Shown piece by piece: positions 30,332-40,381 of a stretch of DNA of 64,000 nt. The stretch's first letter is position 1; each line of letters begins with the position of its first letter. Made by a program: the position numbers and the translations under genes. The stretch is from Candidatus Woesebacteria bacterium RIFCSPHIGHO2_01_FULL_39_32. Its GTDB lineage: Bacteria > Patescibacteriota > Microgenomatia > UBA8517. Location of the stretch: the NCBI GenBank assembly GCA_001792345.1, contig MGGJ01000001.1, positions 217,710-281,709 of the forward strand. The letters run 5' to 3'. The notes beneath the pieces were generated by a model. That model was not told the DNA's origin and searched no databases. It saw only the letters and a list, made by a program, of their open reading frames with translations.

Positions 30332-31615
30332 ATGGATTTGATGGCGGATGTTACGTCTCTAGCAAAAAGACGCGGATTTATTTATCCCGGAAGCGAGATT
30401 TATGGGGGTCTTGCTGGTTTTTGGGATTATGGACCCTTGGGGGTTGAACTTAAAAACAATATAAAAAGGCAGTGGTGGAAAGACATGGTTTATGATAGGG
30501 ATGATGTGGTTGGAATAGACGCTGCCATAATTATGAATCCCGAAGTCTGGAAGGCGTCGGGACATTTGGATGCATTCACAGACCCCTTGGTTGAATGTAA
30601 AATTTGCCACCAAAGAGTAAGAGCAGATAACGAAGAAATAAAAAAAGAACACGAGAAAACACACGAAGATAAAAAAGTAGAGTGGACAGAACCAAAATCT
30701 TTCAATCTAATGACAGAGGTATTTTTGGGCGTAACTGAACCAAAACAGAAAGCTTATCTTCGAGGAGAAATTACCCAAGGAGTTTTTGTTAATTTTCAAA
30801 ATGTTATTGACTCTACGAGGATTAAACTTCCTTTCGGTATTGCACAAATCGGAAAAGCTTTCAGAAACGAGATTACTCCCGGGAATTTTACTTTCAGAAG
30901 TCGGGAATTTGAACAGATGGAATTGGAATATTTTATGAGACCGGATGACAAAGAGGCAGAAAAGGTTTTCGGGTTTTGGAAAAAAGAGAGAATGGCTTGG
31001 TACGTTAATCTGGGTGTTAAAAAAGAAAATCTTCGCTATAGAGATCATGATCCCGATGAAAGAGCCCATTACGCTCGCTTTGCAACAGATATTGAATATA
31101 ATTCTCCTTTTGGTTGGAAGGAATTTGAGGGAATTCACCATCGGGGTGATTGGGATTTGGGGAGACACAAGCTAATATACAAAGATCCTGACACTAATGA
31201 GGAATACACTCCCTGGGTTATTGAAACATCGGGTGGGGTGGATCGAGCTGCATTGTTTTTCCTCTTGGATGCATACAATGAAGAGAAGAGCAGGGTGATT
31301 TTAAAGCTTCATCCAAAACTTGCACCGTTCAAATTGGCTGTATTTCCACTTCTTGCAAATAAAGAAGAATTAATTAACAAAGCACGAGAAATCCATCAAA
31401 TCCTGTCCAGAAATTACTTTGTTGCATGGGATTCTCGTGGAAACATAGGTAAGCGTTATTTTGCCCAAGACGAGATAGGTACACCTTGGTGTGTGACAAT
31501 TGACTTTCAAAGCCTAGAAGATGATACAGTTACGGTGCGAGATAGAGATACAACCAAGCAGGAAAGAGTATCTGTTGACAAGTTGCCAGAGTACATAGAA
31601 AATAAATTAGGATGA
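30332..31615 (+). CDS. glyS: Glycine--tRNA ligase (class II, dimeric alpha2 type)
   Basis: RGFIYPGSEIYGGLAGFWDYGPLGVELKNNIK N-terminal signature; class II motifs including FRNEITPGNFTFRSREFEQMELEYF. Confidence 0.85.
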   Translation: MDLMADVTSLAKRRGFIYPGSEIYGGLAGFWDYGPLGVELKNNIKRQWWKDMVYDRDDVVGIDAAIIMNPEVWKASGHLDAFTDPLVECKICHQRVRADNEEIKKEHEKTHEDKKVEWTEPKSFNLMTEVFLGVTEPKQKAYLRGEITQGVFVNFQNVIDSTRIKLPFGIAQIGKAFRNEITPGNFTFRSREFEQMELEYFMRPDDKEAEKVFGFWKKERMAWYVNLGVKKENLRYRDHDPDERAHYARFATDIEYNSPFGWKEFEGIHHRGDWDLGRHKLIYKDPDTNEEYTPWVIETSGGVDRAALFFLLDAYNEEKSRVILKLHPKLAPFKLAVFPLLANKEELINKAREIHQILSRNYFVAWDSRGNIGKRYFAQDEIGTPWCVTIDFQSLEDDTVTVRDRDTTKQERVSVDKLPEYIENKLG

Positions 31616-32355
31616 AAAAATACCTGCCACTTATACTTCTAGGATTCGGAATTCTTGTTGTCGTCGGAGCGTTTGTGATTGTACGCGGACGAAGGGAAGT
31701 CAATGATGCTGGGGAAGAGGAAGGTGCGTTGATTGATGTAGCCTTAAATGAAAGACCGATTGTTTCTTTAGTTCCACGCTCCGACGGTCATTACTTAGAT
31801 ATGAAAATAGAAAAGTTAATGGTTCCAGGTGCAAAAAAGCTTGATTATGATTTTTTTTACAAGACAGAAGGTAGTAATCAGCCTCTTGGGGGAACGGGAG
31901 TAATACCTTTAGAAGGAAAGGATGTGGTTGAAGAAGAACTTTTATTTGGAACTGTGTCCTCGGGAAATTACCGATACGACGAGGGAGTAGAAGAAGGTAC
32001 AATAACGCTCCGTTTCAGAAATTCCGATGGAGAACTTTTAGTTAAATTTGAAACGGATTTTCATTTGCAAACAGGTACAGACTTACTTTCTTCGATAGAC
32101 GAGAACTTTAAATACGAATTAAAAGAAGAATCTGAAGAGTTTTTTGTAACAATGACAACCATTGGTTATCCCGCCGATGCACCTGCTGAGGTTGAAAGTG
32201 GTCCATATGGAGTCTTTTCATCGGGAGATGAAGAATTCCCTGGGACAGTCGATTTGGGTGTTGACAATGTGTATTATTGGGACGGTAGTGAGTGGAATAT
32301 GTTGGAGGGAAATGAATCTAAAAATATGGGAATATTCTTCGGAAGCACTCAATAG
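31612..32355 (+). CDS. Hypothetical membrane-anchored secreted protein
   Basis: N-terminal TM helix followed by a 220-aa acidic beta-rich domain. Confidence 0.35.
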   Translation: MKKYLPLILLGFGILVVVGAFVIVRGRREVNDAGEEEGALIDVALNERPIVSLVPRSDGHYLDMKIEKLMVPGAKKLDYDFFYKTEGSNQPLGGTGVIPLEGKDVVEEELLFGTVSSGNYRYDEGVEEGTITLRFRNSDGELLVKFETDFHLQTGTDLLSSIDENFKYELKEESEEFFVTMTTIGYPADAPAEVESGPYGVFSSGDEEFPGTVDLGVDNVYYWDGSEWNMLEGNESKNMGIFFGSTQ

Positions 32356-32395
32356 CTCCCCAATCTAGTATAAATTATCAAGTTTCGAGTTCCGC

Positions 32396-32423
32396 GACAA
32401 ACAATATTTGGGTATTGTTTGTC
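32396..32423. promoter_or_regulatory. Perfect 11-bp inverted repeat (GACAAACAATA-n6-TATTGTTTGTC) abutting the mraZ -35 hexamer
   Basis: Read directly from the sequence. It could be an operator or the terminator of the upstream gene. Confidence 0.35.
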
Positions 32424-32450
32424 TTGACACGTCCGTGAAAATATATAAGA
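32424..32450 (+). promoter_or_regulatory. Candidate sigma70-type promoter of the dcw cluster (TTGACA -35 at 32424-32429; AT-rich -10 near TATAAG 32444-32449)
   Basis: Consensus -35 hexamer 80 bp upstream of mraZ; the spacing to the best -10 is suboptimal. Confidence 0.4.
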
Positions 32451-32451
32451 A

Positions 32452-32477
32452 TGGTTAATACTGGTGATAAATGGTGA
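32452..32477 (+). promoter_or_regulatory. Candidate MraZ operator: three direct TGGT(T/G)A repeats at exact 10-bp periodicity
   Basis: TGGTTA (32452-57), TGGTGA (32462-67) and TGGTGA (32472-77) between the promoter and the mraZ start. MraZ is known to bind tandem direct repeats with a 10-bp phase upstream of its own gene. Confidence 0.45.
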
Positions 32478-32509
32478 AATGTATATCACCTTAGACTGCC
32501 CACATTTAA

Positions 32510-32938
32510 ATGCTAATAGGGCAGTATTCAAGTAAATTAACAGAAGGAAGTAGAATTTCCATACCAAAGAAATTTAGAGAAGAATTGGGTGAGGGAATGA
32601 TTATTTCCAAATGGTATGAAGGTTCTCTGGTATTGGTGTCAAAGCTATATTGGGAAGGTTTAGTAAAACGACTAACAGGCGAGACGAGAATTATTACTTC
32701 CCCTGTAAGAGACATTGACAGATTTATTTACGGTTCGGCGTTTGAAGTGGATCTTGATAGTCAGGGAAGGTTTGTCCTACCTGAAAGCTTAAGAGCCTAC
32801 GCGAATATAGTTTCAGAAATAAGCTTCATCGGTTTAGGTGACAGAATTGAAATTTGGGGAGCGGAAAAATGGTTGGAGTTGGAGAGAGGTGCTGAAGAAA
32901 AATCCTCCTTAGCAATTGAAAAAATTGCCAAGAAGTAG
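32510..32938 (+). CDS. mraZ: Transcriptional regulator MraZ
   Basis: MLIGQYSSKLTEGSRISIPKKFRE and a second half-domain ...GRFVLPESLR; first gene of the dcw cluster. Confidence 0.85.
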   Translation: MLIGQYSSKLTEGSRISIPKKFREELGEGMIISKWYEGSLVLVSKLYWEGLVKRLTGETRIITSPVRDIDRFIYGSAFEVDLDSQGRFVLPESLRAYANIVSEISFIGLGDRIEIWGAEKWLELERGAEEKSSLAIEKIAKK

Positions 32939-33046
32939 ATATCAAAATGATTAAAATATACAAAAATTTAATGGATGAACAACTCAAGATGTTCATTGCG
33001 TTTTTCCAAAGTGCTAATATCGAAAACAAGAAATTTCATAAAGTAA

Positions 33047-33988
33047 ATGAAAAAGTTAAAAGAAGCCAAAGAGCTTCATGAACCTGTCCTTTTAAATGAA
33101 GTTCTAGAAGCTTTGCGGGTAAAAGAAATCGCACGTTCAAAAAAAGCTTGCTATATCGACGCAACAGTCGGATTAGGAGGTCATACTCGGGAAATTGTTA
33201 AAGCTGGAGCCAGAGTTCTGGGGATTGAAGCAGACCTCTATTCTCTTGAAATTGCACGAGAGCGTTTGAAAGAAGCCTGCCCTACCCTTGAAAGTGATGA
33301 TCACTTTCAAGGGTCTTTCATACTTACTCACGGCAACTTCATAGAAATAGAAAAAATTGCTAAAGACAACGGGTTTGAGAGTGTAGAGGGTATACTTTTT
33401 GATCTTGGTATCTCGAGTTTCCAACTGGAAGGCAAGAACGCCGGCTTTTCGTTTCAAGATCCTTTGGCGCCTCTTGATATGAGGATAGATCCTGTATCTA
33501 ACAAGGTAAAAGCGTCCGACCTTCTTAAGGTATTAAACGAAACTCAATTGATCGAGCTATTTACGGTGGTTTTGAATACAGCAAAGTCGAGATTAGTAGC
33601 AAAAGCAATAGTAAGAGAAAGAGCTAAAAAAGATATTCAAACAGTTGGGGATTTTTTATATACGATTCGAGGAATTTTTAGACCCAAAAGGGGACAGAAT
33701 GTCGCAACTTTGCCTTTTCTTGCTCTTAGGATTGCTGTCAATAGCGAGCTTGAGAATTTAAAAATAACATTGCCTGCGGCATTTAATCTTTTGAATCTCG
33801 GAGGAAAACTCGTAGTTATCTGTTTTCACTCAGGTGAAGATAGGATAGTAAAGCATTTTTTTATAACTAAAGAAAAAGAAGGAGTGGCGCGTTTGCTGAC
33901 CAAAAAGCCAATTGTCCCGAGTTATGAAGAGATTCAAAGAAATCCCAGAGCAAGAAGCGCAAAGATGAGAATTCTGGAGAAAATATGA
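33047..33988 (+). CDS. rsmH: 16S rRNA (cytosine1402-N4)-methyltransferase RsmH (MraW)
   Basis: HEPVLLNEVLEAL ... IDATVGLGGHTREIV SAM-binding motif, in the conserved position after mraZ. Confidence 0.85.
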   Translation: MKKLKEAKELHEPVLLNEVLEALRVKEIARSKKACYIDATVGLGGHTREIVKAGARVLGIEADLYSLEIARERLKEACPTLESDDHFQGSFILTHGNFIEIEKIAKDNGFESVEGILFDLGISSFQLEGKNAGFSFQDPLAPLDMRIDPVSNKVKASDLLKVLNETQLIELFTVVLNTAKSRLVAKAIVRERAKKDIQTVGDFLYTIRGIFRPKRGQNVATLPFLALRIAVNSELENLKITLPAAFNLLNLGGKLVVICFHSGEDRIVKHFFITKEKEGVARLLTKKPIVPSYEEIQRNPRARSAKMRILEKI

Positions 33989-34305
33989 GAAGAAAACCAC
34001 AAATAAAAATAAGTAATAGTAAAAAACCGTTCAACAAGAAAGTCCTTTTTGGAATTCTTATATCTTTCTGTGCAGCCGCCCAAGTGTTTTTTACAATAGG
34101 GACAAGTGCACTAGGAGCACAAATATCAAGTTTTGAGGAGGAGGTGGAGCTCCTTACAAAAGAAAATCGGGAACTCGAAGATAAACTTATCTCGTCTACC
34201 TCGTTAATTCAACTTAGGCAGAAAGCAGAAGATTTGGGATTTGCGAAAAGCACAACCACTTACTACATAGAAAAAGGCGAATCCTATGCAATGAGTGCGC
34301 CTTGA
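33985..34305 (+). CDS. ftsL: Cell division protein FtsL-like (septum formation initiator)
   Basis: 106 aa with a single TM helix and a short coiled coil, in the canonical position between rsmH and ftsI. Confidence 0.5.
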   Translation: MRRKPQIKISNSKKPFNKKVLFGILISFCAAAQVFFTIGTSALGAQISSFEEEVELLTKENRELEDKLISSTSLIQLRQKAEDLGFAKSTTTYYIEKGESYAMSAP

Positions 34306-34308
34306 TCT

Positions 34309-36021
34309 ATGTTAATCCGCTTGAGACTTATCTCGATTTTCTTTGCTTTCGCCTACCTCGTACTAGTCGTTAGGCTTTTTTATTGGCAAATTTATAAGGG
34401 AAAAGAGCTGTCAGTTGAGGCAAGGGGTCAATATCAAGCACAATGGTCGATTGATGCTCCAAGAGGCGATATTTTATCTTCAGATGGGAGTTGGCTTGCG
34501 GCAAGCGCAGATTCATGGCTAATTTATGCTAGTTTGCCCGATATAAAAGAACCTTCCAAAAAAATTTCAGAACAACTTGCACCCCTTCTGGTAGAAGATC
34601 CTGAAGATAAAGATGCGCTTTTCACAGAAATAGACAGAATTTATTCTTTGCTTACCAGAGATAATGTGGAATGGATACCGATAAAATCGAAAGTTACCCC
34701 TGAAGTTAAGAAACACATTGAAAAGTTGGAAATTTCGGGAATTGGGTACGAGCTTCAAGAAGCGAGAATTTATCCAGAAGCTTCGACTGCTGCACAGCTT
34801 ATGGGTTTTGTAGGTAAGGATGAGGCAGGTGGTGACATAGGGTATTTCGGATTGGAGGGATATTATGATGTAGTTTTATCGGGAAAACCGGGTTTTAAAG
34901 CTCGTGAGAGAGATGCCAGCGGTATTCCAATCTTACTGGGAACTACCAGAGAGATTTCTGCAATAAAAGGAGTGGATCTTCAAACAAATATTGATAAGTT
35001 TATACAACTGACTTTGGATAAAAAACTTAAAGAGGGAATAGAGAGGTATGGGGCTTCAGCTGGGGTGGCGGTAGTTATGAATCCGAAAAATGGTGCCATT
35101 TTAGGTATGGGTGCTTATCCGTCGTACGATCCTTCTGAGTACTGGGAATTTGGAGATGAACTTTTTAATAATCCAGTAATTTCTAATAGTTTTGAACCCG
35201 GTTCAGTGTTTAAAGTTATTGTTATGGCCTCTGCCCTTGACGCTGGTGTCGTTAAACCGGATACAATCTGCAACATTTGTGGAGGTGCAGTAAAAGTTGA
35301 TAAATATACTATTGAAACTTGGAACCAACAGTATTATCCAAATTCAACATTAACAGATGTTATTGTACATTCTGATAATGTAGGCATGGTTTTTACAAGT
35401 AGACGAATAGGAGCAGACATTTTATTTGATTATCTAGAAAACTTTGGGATTGGAAAACCAACTGGAATAGATCTTCAGGGTGAGGCAAATCCTGGCCTAC
35501 GCGATAAAGGAAAATGGAGTAGTGTAGATCTGGCCACAGCAGGCTTTGGCCAGGGAGTCGCTGTCACACCAATTCAACTATTGACTGCTGTTTCTGTAAT
35601 TGCTAATAAGGGCGTGAAGGTTACTCCACAAGTTGTAGATAAACTGGTTGGCGATGGTTGGGAGGAAGACATAAAGCCTGTTATAGGGAAGCGAGTAATC
35701 TCCCAAAGGTCTGCCGAGCAAATTACTACAATGATGGTTGAGGCAGCTAAAAACGGTGAGTCAAAGTGGACGCATGCGAGGGGTTTTAGGGTAGCGGGAA
35801 AAACAGGTACAGCCCAAATTCCTATTGAGGGGCATTATGATGAAGACAAAACGATAGCTTCATTTGTCGGTTTTGCGCCTTATGATAATCCGAAGTTTTT
35901 AATGCTTGTTACTTTACGACAGCCGACAACTTCTCCATGGGCTTCTGAAACAGCGGCCCCGCTGTGGTATTCAATTGCTAAAGATTTTTTTGAGTATTTT
36001 CAAATTCAGCCTGAAAAATAG
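34309..36021 (+). CDS. ftsI: Penicillin-binding protein 2/3 family transpeptidase (FtsI)
   Basis: N-terminal TM anchor; SxxK (GSVFKV), SxN (HSDNVG) and KTG (AGKTGTAQ) motifs. Confidence 0.85.
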   Translation: MLIRLRLISIFFAFAYLVLVVRLFYWQIYKGKELSVEARGQYQAQWSIDAPRGDILSSDGSWLAASADSWLIYASLPDIKEPSKKISEQLAPLLVEDPEDKDALFTEIDRIYSLLTRDNVEWIPIKSKVTPEVKKHIEKLEISGIGYELQEARIYPEASTAAQLMGFVGKDEAGGDIGYFGLEGYYDVVLSGKPGFKARERDASGIPILLGTTREISAIKGVDLQTNIDKFIQLTLDKKLKEGIERYGASAGVAVVMNPKNGAILGMGAYPSYDPSEYWEFGDELFNNPVISNSFEPGSVFKVIVMASALDAGVVKPDTICNICGGAVKVDKYTIETWNQQYYPNSTLTDVIVHSDNVGMVFTSRRIGADILFDYLENFGIGKPTGIDLQGEANPGLRDKGKWSSVDLATAGFGQGVAVTPIQLLTAVSVIANKGVKVTPQVVDKLVGDGWEEDIKPVIGKRVISQRSAEQITTMMVEAAKNGESKWTHARGFRVAGKTGTAQIPIEGHYDEDKTIASFVGFAPYDNPKFLMLVTLRQPTTSPWASETAAPLWYSIAKDFFEYFQIQPEK

Positions 36022-36054
36022 ATTAGCCATGATACAATATAAAGCCAGCCTATT

Positions 36055-37344
36055 ATGAATATTAAGGTTCAGGGAAGACAGGTTTTATCTGGTGAGATTT
36101 TTCCATCGGGGAGCAAGAATTCTGCTGTACACATCTTACCTGCTACGGTTCTGCTTGAAGAAAAGGTAATCCTTAAAAATGTTCCTGATATAAGCGATGT
36201 TGCCAAACTGGTCCATATCCTAAGGAAATTAGGGAGCAAGTTAGATTGGGATAAAGATAAAAAGACAATATCTTTAGATAACTCGAATTTAAGTTTCAAG
36301 AGTTTGAACGAAGAAGATCTTGGAAATATGAAAGCATCGGCCCTCATGTGGGGTGGACTTCTGGGTCGTTTTCACAAAGTTGACTTTTCAGAATTGCCTG
36401 GCGGTTGTACTCTTGGGATTCGACCCTTTGAACCTTTTTACAAGTCATTTAGAACTCTCGGGATTATTGTGAAAGAAATTGACGGCGGCGTTTTAATGGA
36501 TGCAACAAACGCAAATCCAACACACGTTTGGTTAACAGAGATGGCAGTATCGGTTACCAGTACATTGGTGATGGTTGCGGTCACTTTAGAAGGTAAAACG
36601 AAATTAACGGGTGCCGCTTCTGAACCACAGGTGCAGGATTTATGTAATTTTTTGGTAAAAGCAGGGGCAGATATAAAAGGAGTAGGAACAAATGTTCTTG
36701 AAATAAATGGAGGTAAAAAGCTCTCTTCGGTAACACACGAGCTTTTCCATGATCATAATGAAATAGCAACTTTTTTAGCTCTTGGTGCGGTTACGGGTGG
36801 AGAAATACGGGTACATAATTCAGAAGCCGAACTTTTTCCCCAGATAAACTATGAATTTTCAAAATTTAATATAAATATTGAATACGAAGAGGATATTGCA
36901 ATTGTACGTCAGAATCAGGACATCCGATTTACCGGTTCTTTTGAAAAGAAAACCAATGTTGTTAGGGCTCAGCCCTGGCCGGGTCTACCGGTTGATTTAC
37001 TACCCAATTTCATTCCTTTGGCATTAGCGGCCCCAGGTGGTTATATGATATTTCATAACTGGATGTATGAATCAGGGCTTTTTTGGACAAGTGAACTTAC
37101 AAAACTTGGGGCGGAAGTTGTCATGGCAGATCCCCATAGAGTGATCGTGATTGCCGGAAATACGCTAAAAGGCGCAACCCTTGAAGCCCCTTATATTATT
37201 CGCGCGGTTGTTTCCATGGTTATGGCTGCTATGATTGCCGATGGGGAGACAACGATTCTTAATGCTGATGCACTTTATAGGGGTCATCCGAACTTTGCCG
37301 AAAATCTTCGAAAAATTGGAGCTAAGATTGAAGAAGTCGCCTGA
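36055..37344 (+). CDS. murA: UDP-N-acetylglucosamine 1-carboxyvinyltransferase MurA
   Basis: EPSP-synthase fold start MNIKVQGRQVLSGEIFPSGSKNSAVHILPA and active-site Cys loop LPGGCTLGIRP. Confidence 0.8.
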   Translation: MNIKVQGRQVLSGEIFPSGSKNSAVHILPATVLLEEKVILKNVPDISDVAKLVHILRKLGSKLDWDKDKKTISLDNSNLSFKSLNEEDLGNMKASALMWGGLLGRFHKVDFSELPGGCTLGIRPFEPFYKSFRTLGIIVKEIDGGVLMDATNANPTHVWLTEMAVSVTSTLVMVAVTLEGKTKLTGAASEPQVQDLCNFLVKAGADIKGVGTNVLEINGGKKLSSVTHELFHDHNEIATFLALGAVTGGEIRVHNSEAELFPQINYEFSKFNINIEYEEDIAIVRQNQDIRFTGSFEKKTNVVRAQPWPGLPVDLLPNFIPLALAAPGGYMIFHNWMYESGLFWTSELTKLGAEVVMADPHRVIVIAGNTLKGATLEAPYIIRAVVSMVMAAMIADGETTILNADALYRGHPNFAENLRKIGAKIEEVA

Positions 37345-37364
37345 ATGCGCCACAATAAATATTA

Positions 37365-38927
37365 ATGAAGCTTTACAAACTTCTTGAAAACTTGTCAGAT
37401 TATAAAGTTTATGGAAAGGTGCATTTAGTATTAACTTCAATAACCGAAGATTCAAGACAAGCCAAAAAAGGAGGTTTATTTGTTGCAGTAAAAGGATTAA
37501 CAGTTGATGGTCATAAGTTTATCCCCCAAGCAGTAGAGAATGGTGCAAAGGTTGTTGTAGGAGAACTCGATAAAGGAGAAATTAATATTCCAAAAGGTGC
37601 AACTTATGTAAAGGTCAAAAATTCAAGAAAAGCGTTGGGTTTAATGGCCTCGTCTTTTTACGGCAATTCCTCTTCAAAGCTAAAAGTTATCGGGGTAACA
37701 GGAACTGACGGAAAAACAACAACTGCGTTTTTAATTTATCACATTTTACAGACTGCAGGTAAAAAGGTGGGATTGGTTAGTACTGTTTCAGCAAAAATAG
37801 GTAAAAGGGAAGTCGATACAGGATTACATGTTACTAATCCGGACCCCGTAACTTTGCAGTCGTTTCTAGCGGATATGGTTAAGGCAAGATGTGAATTTGC
37901 CGTAGTTGAAGTCACATCTCACGGACTAGATCAAGAAAGAACAGCAGGAGTGAATTTTGATTCCGCAGCTCTAACAAACATTACTCATGAACACCTGGAT
38001 TATCATAAAAGTTTTGAGGAGTATCTCGACACAAAAGCTAAACTTTTTCAGTATGTTAAAAGTTTTGTTGTACTTAATAGAGATGATGAGTCGTTCGAAT
38101 ATATTTCAAAAACAACTCAAGCACGTACTATTTCTTACGCAATAAAAGACAGGTCTTCGGATCTTTACGCTCAAAATATTCGTGAGGAAGTCGGTAAAAC
38201 GGTATATGAATTAGTCCGTGGTGTAAATTCGTTTAAAATTCAAACTGATCTTCCTGGCGAATACAATGTCTCAAACAGTTTAGCAGCAATTGGAATTGCA
38301 TTGGAATACGGCGTTTCTGTAGAGTCGATCAAAAAAGCGCTTTTATCATTCAAAGCGCCCAAAGGACGCCTTGAGAAAATCGAAACATATAAAAATTTTG
38401 AAGTCTACGTTGATTTTGCTCACACCTCTAACTCCTTAGAAAATGTGCTAAGTCTTTTAATAAAACGAATAGCGCAAAAGCAGGAAAAGAGAAAACTAAT
38501 AGCTGTTTTTGGTTGCGCAGGGGAGAGAGATGTTAAAAAAAGACCATTGATGGGCGAGATTTCGACTCGGATAGCCGATACCTCGATTTTTACTGCAGAG
38601 GATCCAAGAAGCGAGGACGTTAATAAAATAATTACGGAAATAGTTAAAGGTACAAGAAAGTCAGAAGTAATGGAAATAAAACCGAGTCACTTTAAAACAT
38701 TAAAAGAAAGCGATAAACATTATTTTTTAAGAATTCCTGAAAGAGGAGAAGCAATTTCTTTTGCAATTCAGAAATTAGCAAAAAAGGGCGATATTGTTGT
38801 AATTTGCGGAAAAGGGCATGAGCAAAGTATGGCCTACGATGGAAAAGAATATGATTGGTCTGACCACGAAGCAGTAAAAATGGCACTTAAAGGAGATATT
38901 AAGAAAATAATCAGAGAAGAATCTTAA
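37365..38927 (+). CDS. murE: UDP-MurNAc-L-Ala-D-Glu:diamino-acid ligase MurE
   Basis: Mur ligase P-loop GVTGTDGKTTT and a C-terminal Mur ligase domain. Confidence 0.8.
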   Translation: MKLYKLLENLSDYKVYGKVHLVLTSITEDSRQAKKGGLFVAVKGLTVDGHKFIPQAVENGAKVVVGELDKGEINIPKGATYVKVKNSRKALGLMASSFYGNSSSKLKVIGVTGTDGKTTTAFLIYHILQTAGKKVGLVSTVSAKIGKREVDTGLHVTNPDPVTLQSFLADMVKARCEFAVVEVTSHGLDQERTAGVNFDSAALTNITHEHLDYHKSFEEYLDTKAKLFQYVKSFVVLNRDDESFEYISKTTQARTISYAIKDRSSDLYAQNIREEVGKTVYELVRGVNSFKIQTDLPGEYNVSNSLAAIGIALEYGVSVESIKKALLSFKAPKGRLEKIETYKNFEVYVDFAHTSNSLENVLSLLIKRIAQKQEKRKLIAVFGCAGERDVKKRPLMGEISTRIADTSIFTAEDPRSEDVNKIITEIVKGTRKSEVMEIKPSHFKTLKESDKHYFLRIPERGEAISFAIQKLAKKGDIVVICGKGHEQSMAYDGKEYDWSDHEAVKMALKGDIKKIIREES

Positions 38928-38949
38928 TACTTACAGGGACAGTCCCTGC

Positions 38950-40380
38950 ATGCTGTATATAGTAAATATGGTCTTAAAAAAAATAAAACATGTGCACTTC
39001 ATGGGAATCGGAGGGAGTGCTCTGTCTGGGGTAGCAATAATGGCTTTGAATGAAGGCTTTAAGGTAACAGGTTGTGATTTGGAAGAAGATACGGCTTACT
39101 TAAATAAGGCTAAAAAGGCAGGGATCAAAGTTTTTAAGGGGCATGACAAAAAACACTTGGAGGGTGTTGACATATTAGCAGTAAGTCCTGCGGTGGTTTA
39201 CCAGAATGAAAGGCACCCCGAGTATTTGATTGCAAAAAAAAGCGGAATTTTAAAAATTTGGGACGAATTCGTGGGAGAATACCTGTTAAAAAATAAGGAA
39301 TCAATATGTGTCACTGGAACCCACGGAAAATCAACCACAACCAGCATGGCAGCACTTCTTTTTGAAAAGGCTGGTTTAGACCCCAGCGCGCTAATTGGAG
39401 CAAAGCTTACAGAATGGGGGAGTAATTATCGAATCGGAAACAGTAAATATTTTGTTATCGAGGCAGATGATTTTTATGAAAAATTTTTCAGCTATAAGCC
39501 CTCAACTATCATTTTGAATAATATTGAATTTGATCACCCAGATTATTTTAGGTCGGAAAATCAAATGGTTAAATCGTATATAAAATTTATAAAGCTTTTG
39601 CGAAGGCCAAAGAACCTGATTATAAATCAGGATTCGGAAGGAAATAAAAAACTTTTCGGGAGGTTAGATGAAAGATTCTTAAAATCGATAAATTTGTATG
39701 GTTATACGGTTAGTAACAACCCTTTAATCAAATTAGATAGTTCTTTAAAAGGAGAGATGTTGGATGCTAATGAAGAAAATACTGTATTCAAAGTAAAAGG
39801 TGAAAAACCGAGTGTTTATGAGGAATATAAGCTAAGTATTCCGGGAAAACACAACGTTTCTAATGCGCTAGGGGTTATTATTTTAGGAAAAATTTATAAG
39901 ATTGAACGCTCAGTTATAAGAGATATGCTTTTTAAATTTAAAGGAACGGTAAGAAGATTACAGTTGATCGGAGAGAAGAAAGGAATAAAAGTTTATGACG
40001 ACTATGCGCATCATCCGACTGCGATCCGGGTAACTTTAGAAGCATTAAGACAGAAGTACCCGAAAAATAGAATTTGGGCGGTTGTTGAACCCCATTCATA
40101 TTCCAGAACAAAAGCTCTTTTAAAAGATTATAAAGGTGTTTTTAAAGATGCAGACAAAGTACTAATCGGTCCGATTTATAAAGCCAGAGATAAAAAGACT
40201 TTCGGTGTTACCGGCGCTTCGATTGTGGAAGTATCGAACCATAAAGATGCCGTTTATAAAAAAGATATTGATGAGATATTAAACTTACTGAAAAAAGAAG
40301 TAAAAAGGAGTGACGTTATTTTAGTAATGGGTGCGGGTAAAAGCTATTTGTGGGCTAGGGAAATTTTGCGGGTTTTGTAG
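38950..40380 (+). CDS. murC: UDP-N-acetylmuramate--L-alanine ligase MurC
   Basis: HFMGIGGSALSGVAIMAL Rossmann N-terminus and GTHGKSTTTSM P-loop. Confidence 0.85.
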   Translation: MLYIVNMVLKKIKHVHFMGIGGSALSGVAIMALNEGFKVTGCDLEEDTAYLNKAKKAGIKVFKGHDKKHLEGVDILAVSPAVVYQNERHPEYLIAKKSGILKIWDEFVGEYLLKNKESICVTGTHGKSTTTSMAALLFEKAGLDPSALIGAKLTEWGSNYRIGNSKYFVIEADDFYEKFFSYKPSTIILNNIEFDHPDYFRSENQMVKSYIKFIKLLRRPKNLIINQDSEGNKKLFGRLDERFLKSINLYGYTVSNNPLIKLDSSLKGEMLDANEENTVFKVKGEKPSVYEEYKLSIPGKHNVSNALGVIILGKIYKIERSVIRDMLFKFKGTVRRLQLIGEKKGIKVYDDYAHHPTAIRVTLEALRQKYPKNRIWAVVEPHSYSRTKALLKDYKGVFKDADKVLIGPIYKARDKKTFGVTGASIVEVSNHKDAVYKKDIDEILNLLKKEVKRSDVILVMGAGKSYLWAREILRVL

Positions 40381-40381
40381 T

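Noticed and set aside
40331-40381. Long upstream start for murB overlapping the murC 3' end
   Set aside because: The conserved MurB N-terminus (MTKLLIKENIPLKNLTTFHVGG) begins at ATG 40382, immediately after the murC stop. The 17 upstream codons are an ORF-caller extension.
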